IMG/VR virus record: IMGVR_UViG_3300036873_000005
Location: 1-29,184 of that record
DNA: 29,184 bases
Direction: 5' to 3' (one strand)
From: a virus
Lineage: Duplodnaviria > Caudoviricetes
Shown: one piece after another, positions 15,630 through 23,944 of the stretch
Position numbering within the stretch: the first letter of the stretch is position 1
Layout: every line of letters begins with the position of its first letter
The notes under the pieces: generated by a model
Database searches by the model: none
Told to the model about the DNA's origin: nothing
The model's input: only the letters and a program-made list of their open reading frames with translations
Made by a program: the position numbers and the translations under genes

Positions 15630-16822
15630 TCGTCGCCCGGCTCTTCGGTCAGGTCGGGCGCGTCGGTCGGTAGCTCGTCCGGCTTGTCTTCAAGCACGTC
15701 CTGAGCCCCGAGACCAACCGCGTCGTACTCGCCAGCGTTCAGCTTCTCGCTGAGCCACTTCAGCCACTCGTTCTTGTTCGGGTGCAGCGTGTTCGCCATC
15801 GAGAACTCGCTGAGCCCGTCCGATGACGTGGTGAGCAGGCCCTCGAAAATCAGCCGCTCCATCAAGCCCTCCCACGCATTGATACCGCGTCGGAAGTCGA
15901 GATAGAAGTCCGCCGTCGTGTCGAACGTCATCGCCATCTTCGTCTTCGTGATCTTCGCCCGGATGTACCGACCACGCACGCGCGAGGCTTCGAGATTGTA
16001 CGTCAGGCCCAGGCGCTTCAAGGCTTCCTTGGTCAGCCCGGTCTCGCGAGCCGGATCGCGCACGAACCCGGAGCCGGGTCGCGGTGCGGCCGACAACATG
16101 ACTTCGAGCGACGCATAGAAGTGCGGCGGGTTCCCGCCCGGCGTCCGCTTCTTCGGGCCGAACATCACGCCGACGTTATCGCGTGTCTGATTGAGCATCA
16201 CGAGCGTCGTCGGATAGCGTGCGGACATCGTCGCGAATCGCCGGAGCCCAACGCCCAGGACTTCACCGCGTCCGCCACCGTACCGCCAGCCGCCCGCTTC
16301 GCTGAGTCCTTGGCCCGCGCTCTTCTCGGCCTCGGTGGAGTCGAGCGAGTCCCAGCCCCACAGGATCGGGATTTCGTCGTTCTCCTTGCGAACGGTCTCG
16401 TGCCACTTCTCGAACAGGTCGAAGCCTTCCTCGAATGTGCGCGGCTTCTGCACGATCAGAAGATCGAGCGGCAGACCGATCGCCTTCGCGAAGTACGGGT
16501 CCGCCGTGCCCTCGGTCTCGGTGCGCACCGCGAGCCCTTGCAGGTCCACGAGCGTTGACTTGAACCCGTGATCGAGGATCAGCGATTTGCCGGTGGACCA
16601 CTCACCCGCAATGTGGATCGTTCGACCGTAGCGCGGACCGATCGGGAAGCCACCGGGGTTCCCGCCAGAGAACAGACGATCGAGCGCGAGTGAGCCCGTG
16701 CTTGCGAACACGGACGGGCGCTCGTACTCCTTCGCCGCCACGCCGGTCTGTGAAGTCCTGAACTCCTTCTTCACCGCAGCCTGCGCCAGTTTGATCAGTT
16801 CCTTGCGTTCATCCTTACCCAT
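15626..16822 (-). CDS. recA: RecA/UvsX-like recombinase
   Basis: STGSLALD..GG.P; Walker A GEWSTGKS; WDS Walker B; LNQTR; TPGG...FYAS; start MGKDE with GAGGAG SD. Confidence 0.9.
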   Translation of the reverse strand: MGKDERKELIKLAQAAVKKEFRTSQTGVAAKEYERPSVFASTGSLALDRLFSGGNPGGFPIGPRYGRTIHIAGEWSTGKSLILDHGFKSTLVDLQGLAVRTETEGTADPYFAKAIGLPLDLLIVQKPRTFEEGFDLFEKWHETVRKENDEIPILWGWDSLDSTEAEKSAGQGLSEAGGWRYGGGRGEVLGVGLRRFATMSARYPTTLVMLNQTRDNVGVMFGPKKRTPGGNPPHFYASLEVMLSAAPRPGSGFVRDPARETGLTKEALKRLGLTYNLEASRVRGRYIRAKITKTKMAMTFDTTADFYLDFRRGINAWEGLMERLIFEGLLTTSSDGLSEFSMANTLHPNKNEWLKWLSEKLNAGEYDAVGLGAQDVLEDKPDELPTDAPDLTEEPGDE

Positions 16823-17004
16823 GATCTCCTCGTATGTTGGTGGGTGCCGATAGGACGCCTGACCCCACTCCCGTCCCTCGACATTTCCCGCTCGCGCTTC
16901 GGTCACTAGCGATTAGGCATTGCCGGGACTACCGGTTACCTTCCGCTATCAGTCAGGTCACGCTACTCCGCATCGCGGTTGCTAGCCTTGGCGACGCGGG
17001 ATTT
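16823..17004 (-). ncRNA. Candidate structured cis-regulatory RNA between ssb and recA
   Basis: Three stems containing G-U pairs plus two possible pseudoknot pairings (see findings). Confidence 0.5.
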
Positions 17005-18033
17005 CTACCGCCGCCCGCCCGTCTTCGGACCCGCCACCTTCGGAGGTTGCGGTGCTCCTGCCTTCGGAGCCTGAGCCGGGCTCGGCACCATGAACTCGTC
17101 CGCCATGTCGGGGGCCTGAGCGGTCTCGGACTCCGCATCGGGCTGAGCCTCGGGGGCCTCTCCCTGCTCGGCGGCTACCTGATCGTCCATCTGCTTCTTC
17201 GCCGTGACTTCGGCGCGCATCGCGTCGTTCATCTCGTCGGGCTCGGGGTCACGCCCGTAGAACGCCTTGAACAACTCCAACGGCGTCTTCATCTCGTCCT
17301 TCAGCATCTTGTCCAGGTCCACGAGCATGCCAGGCCAGCCGTTGAACTGCGCGGCTTGCTTCGCATCGAACAACGGCGACGGCTTCGGCGAGCAGTCCAC
17401 CTTCCACCGATCGTTCCCGCTCTTCGCCGGGCGCGACAGCTTGATGTCGTAGCCCTCCTTGTGATCACCGATGTTGCCGCGTGCGAACGACTCGTCGGAG
17501 CCGCCCGTCATGATGTCGGTCACCTGGTTGTACACGGTGCCCGGCACAGCCATGATGCGGAAGTCGGCCTTGCCGTCCGCCGTCTTGCGTGGGTTCCCCA
17601 CCACGGCGTTGAAGATGAACACTTCCTTCGCCTGGATTCGCTTCCCGTACTTCTTCTCGTCTTCGTTGCTCGACGAGAGCGCGACCTTCGCGGCCACGCA
17701 AATCGGGCACTCGATGCCCTCGTCAGCCGTCTTCGGACACCACGCGTGCATGACCTTGCCGCCGTCCGCGTCCCACCAGTGCTCGATCGCGGGTACGAAG
17801 ATCGGCTCGTCGCCGGACACGTACTCCGGGTTCGGCACCAGCTTGCCATCCTTCATGATGGCAACGGACCAGTGCGGACCGAACCGAACGACAACCTCGC
17901 CGCCCTGCTCGACGATCGCGTTCTTGCCGTTGAGCGTCCAGGACTTCGTGAACGTCCCCGACGCCATCTTCTCCTTCACTTCGGCTTGCTTCTTCTGCAT
18001 GAACTTCTTCGCTGCCTCGGACAACCCTGCCAT
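17005..18033 (-). CDS. T4 gp32-like single-stranded DNA-binding protein
   Basis: VRFGP...PIF...H...CP...CPIC Zn motif; FIFNAVV; GYDIKL; acidic, flexible tail; located beside recA. Confidence 0.8.
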   Translation of the reverse strand: MAGLSEAAKKFMQKKQAEVKEKMASGTFTKSWTLNGKNAIVEQGGEVVVRFGPHWSVAIMKDGKLVPNPEYVSGDEPIFVPAIEHWWDADGGKVMHAWCPKTADEGIECPICVAAKVALSSSNEDEKKYGKRIQAKEVFIFNAVVGNPRKTADGKADFRIMAVPGTVYNQVTDIMTGGSDESFARGNIGDHKEGYDIKLSRPAKSGNDRWKVDCSPKPSPLFDAKQAAQFNGWPGMLVDLDKMLKDEMKTPLELFKAFYGRDPEPDEMNDAMRAEVTAKKQMDDQVAAEQGEAPEAQPDAESETAQAPDMADEFMVPSPAQAPKAGAPQPPKVAGPKTGGRR

Positions 18034-18066
18034 GATCGTGACCTTTCTGCCCTTGCGGCTCTGCGC

Positions 18067-18573
18067 CTAGCGGGCGGTTGTGCCGGGAGTGTTCGTGCCC
18101 CGGCTTCCACGTGCGCGGGCTGCTAGCTCCTGCGCTTGTTTCTCGCTGATCGAAATACGGCTTCCCATCTCGGCTCTGAAGTTTGACGCGAGCGCAAGCA
18201 TGCTGTCCTTCTTTTGCTCGCCGATGGTTTTCTTCCCGACCGTCAGTAGCTCCAACGTCTCCTTGGCCTCATTCACCGCGAGCGACGCCGTTACACGCCG
18301 CTCGTCTTTCTTCATACATGCCTTGATCGCGTCCACCGGAGAGCCGATCGACGCACGGTACTGCTCGAACAACTCGGCTTCCAGGACTTCGAGCCGGGTC
18401 ACCAAGTCGTCGTACACCCGACGAGCCCGTGCTTCGAGGACACCCCACACCGCGTACAGGCCGGGGTTCTTCGAGATGGCATCGTTCAAGGCCGAGTAGT
18501 TGGAGTCGATCTCAGCTTGGTTCGAGAGGTTGAAGTCAAACCCTTCGGTGCGGACGGTCACAGGTGCTTTCAT
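18067..18573 (-). CDS. UvsY-like recombination mediator (helical protein)
   Basis: All-helical, about 170 aa, located between polymerase and SSB/RecA; called mainly from context. Confidence 0.5.
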   Translation of the reverse strand: MKAPVTVRTEGFDFNLSNQAEIDSNYSALNDAISKNPGLYAVWGVLEARARRVYDDLVTRLEVLEAELFEQYRASIGSPVDAIKACMKKDERRVTASLAVNEAKETLELLTVGKKTIGEQKKDSMLALASNFRAEMGSRISISEKQAQELAARARGSRGTNTPGTTAR

Positions 18574-18579
18574 GTGCTC

Positions 18580-18597
18580 CTACCTAGTTAGGTAAAC
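18580..18597 (-). promoter_or_regulatory. 18-bp junction element, copy 4
   Basis: Exact copy, 3 nt after the polymerase stop; 3' end gives AGGAG ahead of ATG 18573. Confidence 0.85.
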
Positions 18598-18600
18598 TGT

Positions 18601-20340
18601 TCACCGCTTCGGCATCGGCGTGAGCCCAAACTCTTTCGCCACCAGATTGTAGTCGCACAGGTTCGCCATGTCCGGCCCTACCGACAGGTCAATCCGGTAC
18701 GGTACGTCAGCCTCTAGACGCCAGTCCAGAGGCAACGCGTGGCAACGTCTCCACAGGAGCATCATGGTCGGCTCGATATGGCCGGGCGCGCCATCAAACC
18801 ACCCCGAGTCGTGGACGGTGTTGTTGTGCCAGGCCCGGAGCGGCTTACCGCCCGGTCCTCGGCCTTCGTGCATCTGCCAGTCCGCTGCCTCGGGGAAGTG
18901 CACACCCTCTGCCTGCCACATGGAGGGCACCTGTAGCCCACCCATCGATTCGACCAGGCCCTCACCGTGGTACGCGAGCGCCAGCATCCAAAAGTTGTCC
19001 GTGGCGTTCATGCTCTGAGTCGGCGTGTTCGCCGCCACGTGGAACTGATGATTCAACTGCCGCTTCATCTCCTTCTCGTTCCGCCCATCGCCAGTGTCGA
19101 ACATGTAGCCGGGGAACTTCGGGTCCGAGCCCCACGCACCGACGTAGTCTTCGTCGAACGTCACGCCTTGCGGGAGAGGGATCGAGCGCCGTCGCCCGTA
19201 CGCATCCTCGCTGTAACCGATCCAATTCCCTGACTCCGCCGCGCGTCGGCCCAGCGTGATGATGTCGTAGCTGTACAGGTCCGTGAGTCCGGCGTATCCC
19301 TTGTTGAAGTTGTTATGCGCCTTCTGTGCCATGTCATCGTCGAGCCACAGCCGCGCCTTCTTCCAAATCGTGCCCTGCACCGTGCGCCACGTCGCACCGA
19401 AAATCTCGGCGAAGAACGTCTGCTTCCCGACCGCGTCGCGCTCGTACGAGCCTTTCTTGAACGTGCCGTCCGGCTTCTCATAGATCAGCGCTGCCGTATA
19501 TCCGTGCACGTCCTTACCCAGGCGAATGTAGTCCCACGTCGTACGGTCGGACTTCGGCACCCACCGATACAGGAGCACACCAGCCCGGATCGCAGCCTCG
19601 GCACCGCTGATGTCCCACCGGCCGCACCATCCGTGAACGCGGGGGTCCCAGCCGCCAAAGTTTCCCTTCTTCGGGTCCCACTCGCGTACGCGGAACGGAG
19701 CCACGCGCGGGACAATGCAGGACTTGATGCCGTCCGCTACGTCCTTGTCCGCGCGCTCGGCGATGCCGTGCACGGGCGGGTTGCTCGCGCTGATGCGGCT
19801 CGTGCGCAATGCCCAATTGTACGAAGCATGAATCGCACCATCCGCTCGGCACAGGTTCTCGAATTTGTCCAAGTACTTCGTGATCGCCCCGGCCAACGAT
19901 CGCACCTTAAGGATCGCACGCACTACCTCGATGTCCTTGCCGCTCTTGTTGCTCGGAGTCGGGACATTGGGCACCGAGAGCGACGCGAACCACGAGAGCA
20001 CTTCCGCGCTCGTCGAGTAGTCGCCCTTCTGCCCCTGCATCATCTCCTGACGCATCTCCCAGGATTTCATCTGCTCGGGGAACGTCAGGTTGAGCCCGGC
20101 CTTCGTAAAGAGAAAGTCCGCCACCTTCTTCGCATTGATACCGTGCTTCTCGGCGGAGAACTTCAGCTTGCCGCCACTCACGTCTGAGACCAGCTTCTCT
20201 TCGCGCGCCAACTGATCAGCGAAACGCGTTCGCACTTCACGCACGCGCTCCTTGTCGATTGGCAGTCCTGCCCGGCGTATCGCCGAGATGGCGACATTGG
20301 CCGGGACCAGGATTTGGCGATAGTAGGTTTCCAGGTTCAC
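18601..20340 (-). CDS. Family A DNA polymerase, polymerase domain only (split gene, C-terminal part)
   Basis: GLPID; IHASYN...TSRISASNP; motif A DISGAE; DVH..TA; motif B R...KQTFFAEIFG; GRRR; NTPTQ; motif C VHDS. Confidence 0.92.
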   Translation of the reverse strand: MNLETYYRQILVPANVAISAIRRAGLPIDKERVREVRTRFADQLAREEKLVSDVSGGKLKFSAEKHGINAKKVADFLFTKAGLNLTFPEQMKSWEMRQEMMQGQKGDYSTSAEVLSWFASLSVPNVPTPSNKSGKDIEVVRAILKVRSLAGAITKYLDKFENLCRADGAIHASYNWALRTSRISASNPPVHGIAERADKDVADGIKSCIVPRVAPFRVREWDPKKGNFGGWDPRVHGWCGRWDISGAEAAIRAGVLLYRWVPKSDRTTWDYIRLGKDVHGYTAALIYEKPDGTFKKGSYERDAVGKQTFFAEIFGATWRTVQGTIWKKARLWLDDDMAQKAHNNFNKGYAGLTDLYSYDIITLGRRAAESGNWIGYSEDAYGRRRSIPLPQGVTFDEDYVGAWGSDPKFPGYMFDTGDGRNEKEMKRQLNHQFHVAANTPTQSMNATDNFWMLALAYHGEGLVESMGGLQVPSMWQAEGVHFPEAADWQMHEGRGPGGKPLRAWHNNTVHDSGWFDGAPGHIEPTMMLLWRRCHALPLDWRLEADVPYRIDLSVGPDMANLCDYNLVAKEFGLTPMPKR

Positions 20341-20864
20341 TTGCCGAATTTCTCCGCGAGGTACTTCTTCACGTCCGTGTTCATCCTCGGGTAATCGGGC
20401 CTTACCTCGTCACTCTTCAGGTCGCGCTGCTTCGCCTCGTTCGCATCGAGCACCGGACGATGCGCTGCCAGGAGTGCGTCAACCAGCTTCATCTGCTCAG
20501 CCGCCGTGCCGAAAGCCGGAACGTCGAGGATCAGATGGTCGCAGGACCAGGCGTCAAGGATGATTGCCACGCACGCACTGATATGCGCTACGTGCGGCAT
20601 GCCGTCTTCCTCGTCGAACCACTGCCCGTCCTTCACCCCGTTGGTGTGTCTCTCGATCGCTTCGAGGTACACGGACAGACGCACGGCCTTCATGCGCCAG
20701 TTCATGCCGTCGTAGCCCCACACGTCGTACAACTCCCCGTACTTCGAGCGGCCGGTCGCCATCACGCCCGCCGTCCATATCGCGAGCGCCGGGGGAACGA
20801 GACGCAGCGGAGTCTTCTTGATGCCAAGTATGTCCTTGGGGTTTGTCTTGTCAGCCACGGTCAC
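20337..20864 (-). CDS. dATP/dGTP diphosphohydrolase domain protein (DUF5664-like)
   Basis: NPKD..GIKK.PLRLVP...VM..G..KYG...NWR...Y.EAIERH...G...DEEDG.PHVAH..AC; start uncertain (20858, 20864 or 20873). Confidence 0.85.
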   Translation of the reverse strand: MTVADKTNPKDILGIKKTPLRLVPPALAIWTAGVMATGRSKYGELYDVWGYDGMNWRMKAVRLSVYLEAIERHTNGVKDGQWFDEEDGMPHVAHISACVAIILDAWSCDHLILDVPAFGTAAEQMKLVDALLAAHRPVLDANEAKQRDLKSDEVRPDYPRMNTDVKKYLAEKFGK

Positions 20865-22099
20865 ACGCTCCATTTCAGGTAGTCTGCTCGACTGATGCGG
20901 TCGTGCAGAAGGTCGCATAGCTCGAACGTGTAGCAGGCGTCACCGATCGCACCATCAGCGACTTCTGCCAGCGATGCGTCACGCATCTTCGACTTGTCGT
21001 ACCCAACCCAATACTGCGGTCGGCCCAGCACGTCAACAACGGCTTTCTCCAAACGGAGCGAGTCGTGAGTACCGTCTCCGAGCGCAATCATGGCAAGCAT
21101 GCCATCACCCGCCCGGTTGCACACACCATCCGCTGCCAGCTTCGTGTACGTTACGCCCTCTTCGTCGTAGTGCCCGCTGAACGTCTCCTTCTCGGCCTCG
21201 CTCGCGAAGACCGGCGTGAACAACTCACTGGCAATCACGAGCCCGTCGCCTTCGTTGTAGTCGATCAGGTCCACATACGCGCCCTCGTTCACCGCCCAGG
21301 AGAACCCGATACCGCGCAACCGAAAGTCCGGATGGCATGGATCGGTCGCCACGTCGCGACGGCTCGGGAACTCCTTGGCGTCGTATGCCTCGATGTCGAA
21401 TGCCCACGGTCCCGGATGCGCGGCAAGCCGCGCCAGGAACTCGCGAGCGTCGAGCGGGTTCGCGTACACCTGAGACTTAATCGTCCCGAGCGGTGCTTCC
21501 TGCATACTGCTCGACATACGAGCGATGTCCGCAAAGAACTCCGCACGCCGCGCTTCGGGGTTACGGTCGGCGAGGATGTCACGCGGGTGACGCGCGACGA
21601 AGCACTTGCGACCGTTCTTGTCTTCGATCCAGAGCCCCCGGTACGCGCCCACCTTCGGCTTGCGGCCTTTCTCCGAACGCCAGAACGCACCGAGCGCACG
21701 ATCCCCCAGGAGCAGGATCGGAGCCGTGGACTGTGCTAGGTCAGGCTTCAAGTACCGTAGGCACCGCTTCTCACCGCGCTGATGGATCGCATGCCCCAGG
21801 TCATCGTTGTACGCGCGGCACCGCGAGAGGTTCATGTACTGTACCGCTTCAAGGTCCCAGCCCGAGTCAGTCAATGCGGCGTCGATCATGTCCTTCACGT
21901 CGCCCGCAAATGGCTTCTCGATGAACTCCGCTGCCTCGTCCGGCGCATCACCGATCACCACGAGCGCGGGGGATGACAGGAGCAACGGAACGATCTTACA
22001 GCCTGCTCGTTCGTACTCGCAGCCGACGCACGGCGAGACCGGTTCCTTGACCTTCTTCGGTTTTGGAACGAAAGGACGATTTTTCATCGCGTCGGCCAC
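20861..22099 (-). CDS. Uracil-DNA glycosylase (family 4)-like domain fused to a 3'-5' proofreading exonuclease (split PolA, N-terminal part)
   Basis: CxxC, IGDAP...PFAG, NLSRCR, C..YL, LLG..A, RG.W, HP; then ExoI FDIEA, ExoII HYD, ExoIII DACYT. Confidence 0.85.
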   Translation of the reverse strand: MADAMKNRPFVPKPKKVKEPVSPCVGCEYERAGCKIVPLLLSSPALVVIGDAPDEAAEFIEKPFAGDVKDMIDAALTDSGWDLEAVQYMNLSRCRAYNDDLGHAIHQRGEKRCLRYLKPDLAQSTAPILLLGDRALGAFWRSEKGRKPKVGAYRGLWIEDKNGRKCFVARHPRDILADRNPEARRAEFFADIARMSSSMQEAPLGTIKSQVYANPLDAREFLARLAAHPGPWAFDIEAYDAKEFPSRRDVATDPCHPDFRLRGIGFSWAVNEGAYVDLIDYNEGDGLVIASELFTPVFASEAEKETFSGHYDEEGVTYTKLAADGVCNRAGDGMLAMIALGDGTHDSLRLEKAVVDVLGRPQYWVGYDKSKMRDASLAEVADGAIGDACYTFELCDLLHDRISRADYLKWSV

Positions 22100-22860
22100 T
22101 CCGATCGAGGACGCAGTTTAGCCTTTGCGTTCTCGGGGATGTCACCCACGAACCGAACGAACACGTGCTTGGTCTCAACTTTCACGATGCACCAGCCCTC
22201 AGCTTTCGCTTGTGCGAAGTTCAAGCCTTTGCCTCGAAACAACTTCGACTGTCCTGGTGCGCGATCGCTCGTCACCACGCCCGGCTCAACCTCTCGCCAC
22301 GTACCGGGCGGGAGCGTCGAATACCGCCACCGGCCCCCGCCTCGACCCACATTGCGGCCCAGGTAGTGCCACCGACTGTCCGCCTTGTACACCTGACCAC
22401 TCTCATCCGCGTACGGATCAGCATAGGCCACGAAAACCGTCCAGCCGTACTTCGCCGATGCTTGCTCGATCGAGTCCGTTATCGCCTTATGCGCGGTGTT
22501 GTCCGGCGCGTGTCGTCGGCTCGCTCCACGTTCGAGACAAATCATCTTCTTGTACTCCACACCCAGGTACGTGTGCAGCTTGCCGGGCATGATGCCAAAG
22601 CACTCGGCGTTAAGTAGCTCGTCGTCGAGGAACGTGCCGTACACCGCTTTCGGCATTCCCAGCTTGCCCAGGTATTCATATCGCTCGATGAACTCCCGTG
22701 CCTGCTCTATGGTGATCTCCCGTGTCACGAGCCGTTTGCGCTCGCTCGCCGGGTACTTCTCTCGGTTCAGGTCCGTGCTCATACGCTTCTCGAATTGCGT
22801 AGGCATAGCACCCCGACGCCATACGGGCGCGGGAGTGGACTTGGAGGGACGGTCGGTCAT
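22084..22860 (-). CDS. Mom-family (GNAT-fold) DNA adenine-modification enzyme
   Basis: AREFIERYEYLG...YG.F..DEL...FG...LERG...PDNT...AYADP...E.G.VYKA..W.YLG. Confidence 0.75.
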   Translation of the reverse strand: MTDRPSKSTPAPVWRRGAMPTQFEKRMSTDLNREKYPASERKRLVTREITIEQAREFIERYEYLGKLGMPKAVYGTFLDDELLNAECFGIMPGKLHTYLGVEYKKMICLERGASRRHAPDNTAHKAITDSIEQASAKYGWTVFVAYADPYADESGQVYKADSRWHYLGRNVGRGGGRWRYSTLPPGTWREVEPGVVTSDRAPGQSKLFRGKGLNFAQAKAEGWCIVKVETKHVFVRFVGDIPENAKAKLRPRSEWPTR

Positions 22861-22921
22861 TCCGCCCTCCGCAAGCATGGTGTGCCTGTGTGCACCTTAC
22901 ACCACTCCAAGTCAGTCACTC

Positions 22922-23857
22922 CTACAGGTTTCCGATCTGCGTCAGATAGATGCCCGCCAACATCTCGATCCGCTTGGCGCGGCTTAACTCCTTGATCCTC
23001 TCCAACGTTGTAGCACGCGCTTTCGTTTCCTTACCGATCGTGGCAAGAGCCTTCTTCGAGAAAGCACGCATGCCGCGCGTCCGCTTTACCGACCCCATCG
23101 CAACAATCTCAACGATGGTCGGTCGGCGGGTCTTAAACGCCACGAGCAGTTCCAGCAAGAACTCCCGCGCCTTGTCGCGGTTGCTTCGATTGGCTCGATC
23201 CTTCGTACCGAGAGCACTCGGCTGATCGAGTGCTTCCAGCACCTTCGAGATGTCCGTGCCCACGGCTTGCGCGTCAGTGAACATCTCAGCGAACGCTTTC
23301 AGGATTGCCGTGGCCGACACGCTGGTCTCACCGGTAGGCTTCCAGAACAGATTCTTCGTCAGCTTCTCGTCGTTTACGTCGCGGAGAAACGCCGCACTCG
23401 CGGCTGAGCACGAACGGATACGAATATCCGACGTGACCGCTCGGACTCGATTGAGCAAGTAGAACAGGTTGGCCTCTAGCTCGACATCATCGAACTCGAA
23501 CAGACGCACGGACATCACCGAGCGAGTCTGGACTGCCGCTCGCCAGGTCTGCCCGCCGTCGATAATTGCGATGTCTCCGTTCTTGCGAAGCACCGCAGAC
23601 TTGACGGCTGGAATGATGCCGCCCGCTCTGAGGGTAGCGGCGATCGACTCAACCTCGCTCGTGGCTCCCCTCTGGTAGTGCTCCACGTCGATGATCACCC
23701 GGTGTCTGCCATTGACGGTCTTGCCGTCGCGCACAATCACCGCGCCATCGCCGTCAGGCATGAGCGCAACACCGTCTGTGTACTGCTTCAACCGTCGATC
23801 CGAAAACACCGCGTACGGGTCCAGATACTTCTCGTCATCCTGCTCTACTGGCTTCAT
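22922..23857 (-). CDS. ParB/Srx-like N-terminal domain protein (DGQHR/DUF6551-like)
   Basis: YQR...IA...R.NG...IIDGGQT..AA...EANLF..LNR. Confidence 0.65.
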   Translation of the reverse strand: MKPVEQDDEKYLDPYAVFSDRRLKQYTDGVALMPDGDGAVIVRDGKTVNGRHRVIIDVEHYQRGATSEVESIAATLRAGGIIPAVKSAVLRKNGDIAIIDGGQTWRAAVQTRSVMSVRLFEFDDVELEANLFYLLNRVRAVTSDIRIRSCSAASAAFLRDVNDEKLTKNLFWKPTGETSVSATAILKAFAEMFTDAQAVGTDISKVLEALDQPSALGTKDRANRSNRDKAREFLLELLVAFKTRRPTIVEIVAMGSVKRTRGMRAFSKKALATIGKETKARATTLERIKELSRAKRIEMLAGIYLTQIGNL

Positions 23858-23944
23858 GATGCTCTCCTTTTTCTATGCCCCAAGTTCCCGTCCAGGGCGG
23901 AACGTCATCGGCAACCGGCCGACATTCGGTGGGATACTACCCGT
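23858..23944 (-). promoter_or_regulatory. Structured 5' UTR motif, copy A
   Basis: Minus strand ACGTTCC-G-CCCTGG-AC-GGGAAC-TT-GGGGCA just upstream of AAGGAG; shared with 28835-28873. Confidence 0.55.

Noticed and set aside
8444-16906. Long N-terminal extensions in the ORF track (9181, 9516, 9968, 10566, 11424, 14766, 16906)
   Set aside because: Most overlap genuine upstream genes in other frames; downstream starts with SDs or ATGA/GTGA coupling fit better
16940-16960. CTGACTGATAG as a hammerhead ribozyme core
   Set aside because: No proper CUGANGA...GAAA with three flanking stems could be built by eye
20337-20864. Intervening gene as an intein or an intron-encoded homing endonuclease
   Set aside because: Separate frame with its own start and stop, no intein terminal residues, no LAGLIDADG/HNH/GIY-YIG motifs; it matches a diphosphohydrolase pattern
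22861-22921. Possible 20-aa GTG ORF between the ParB-like and Mom-like genes
   Set aside because: SD directly abuts the start and there is no motif; insufficient support
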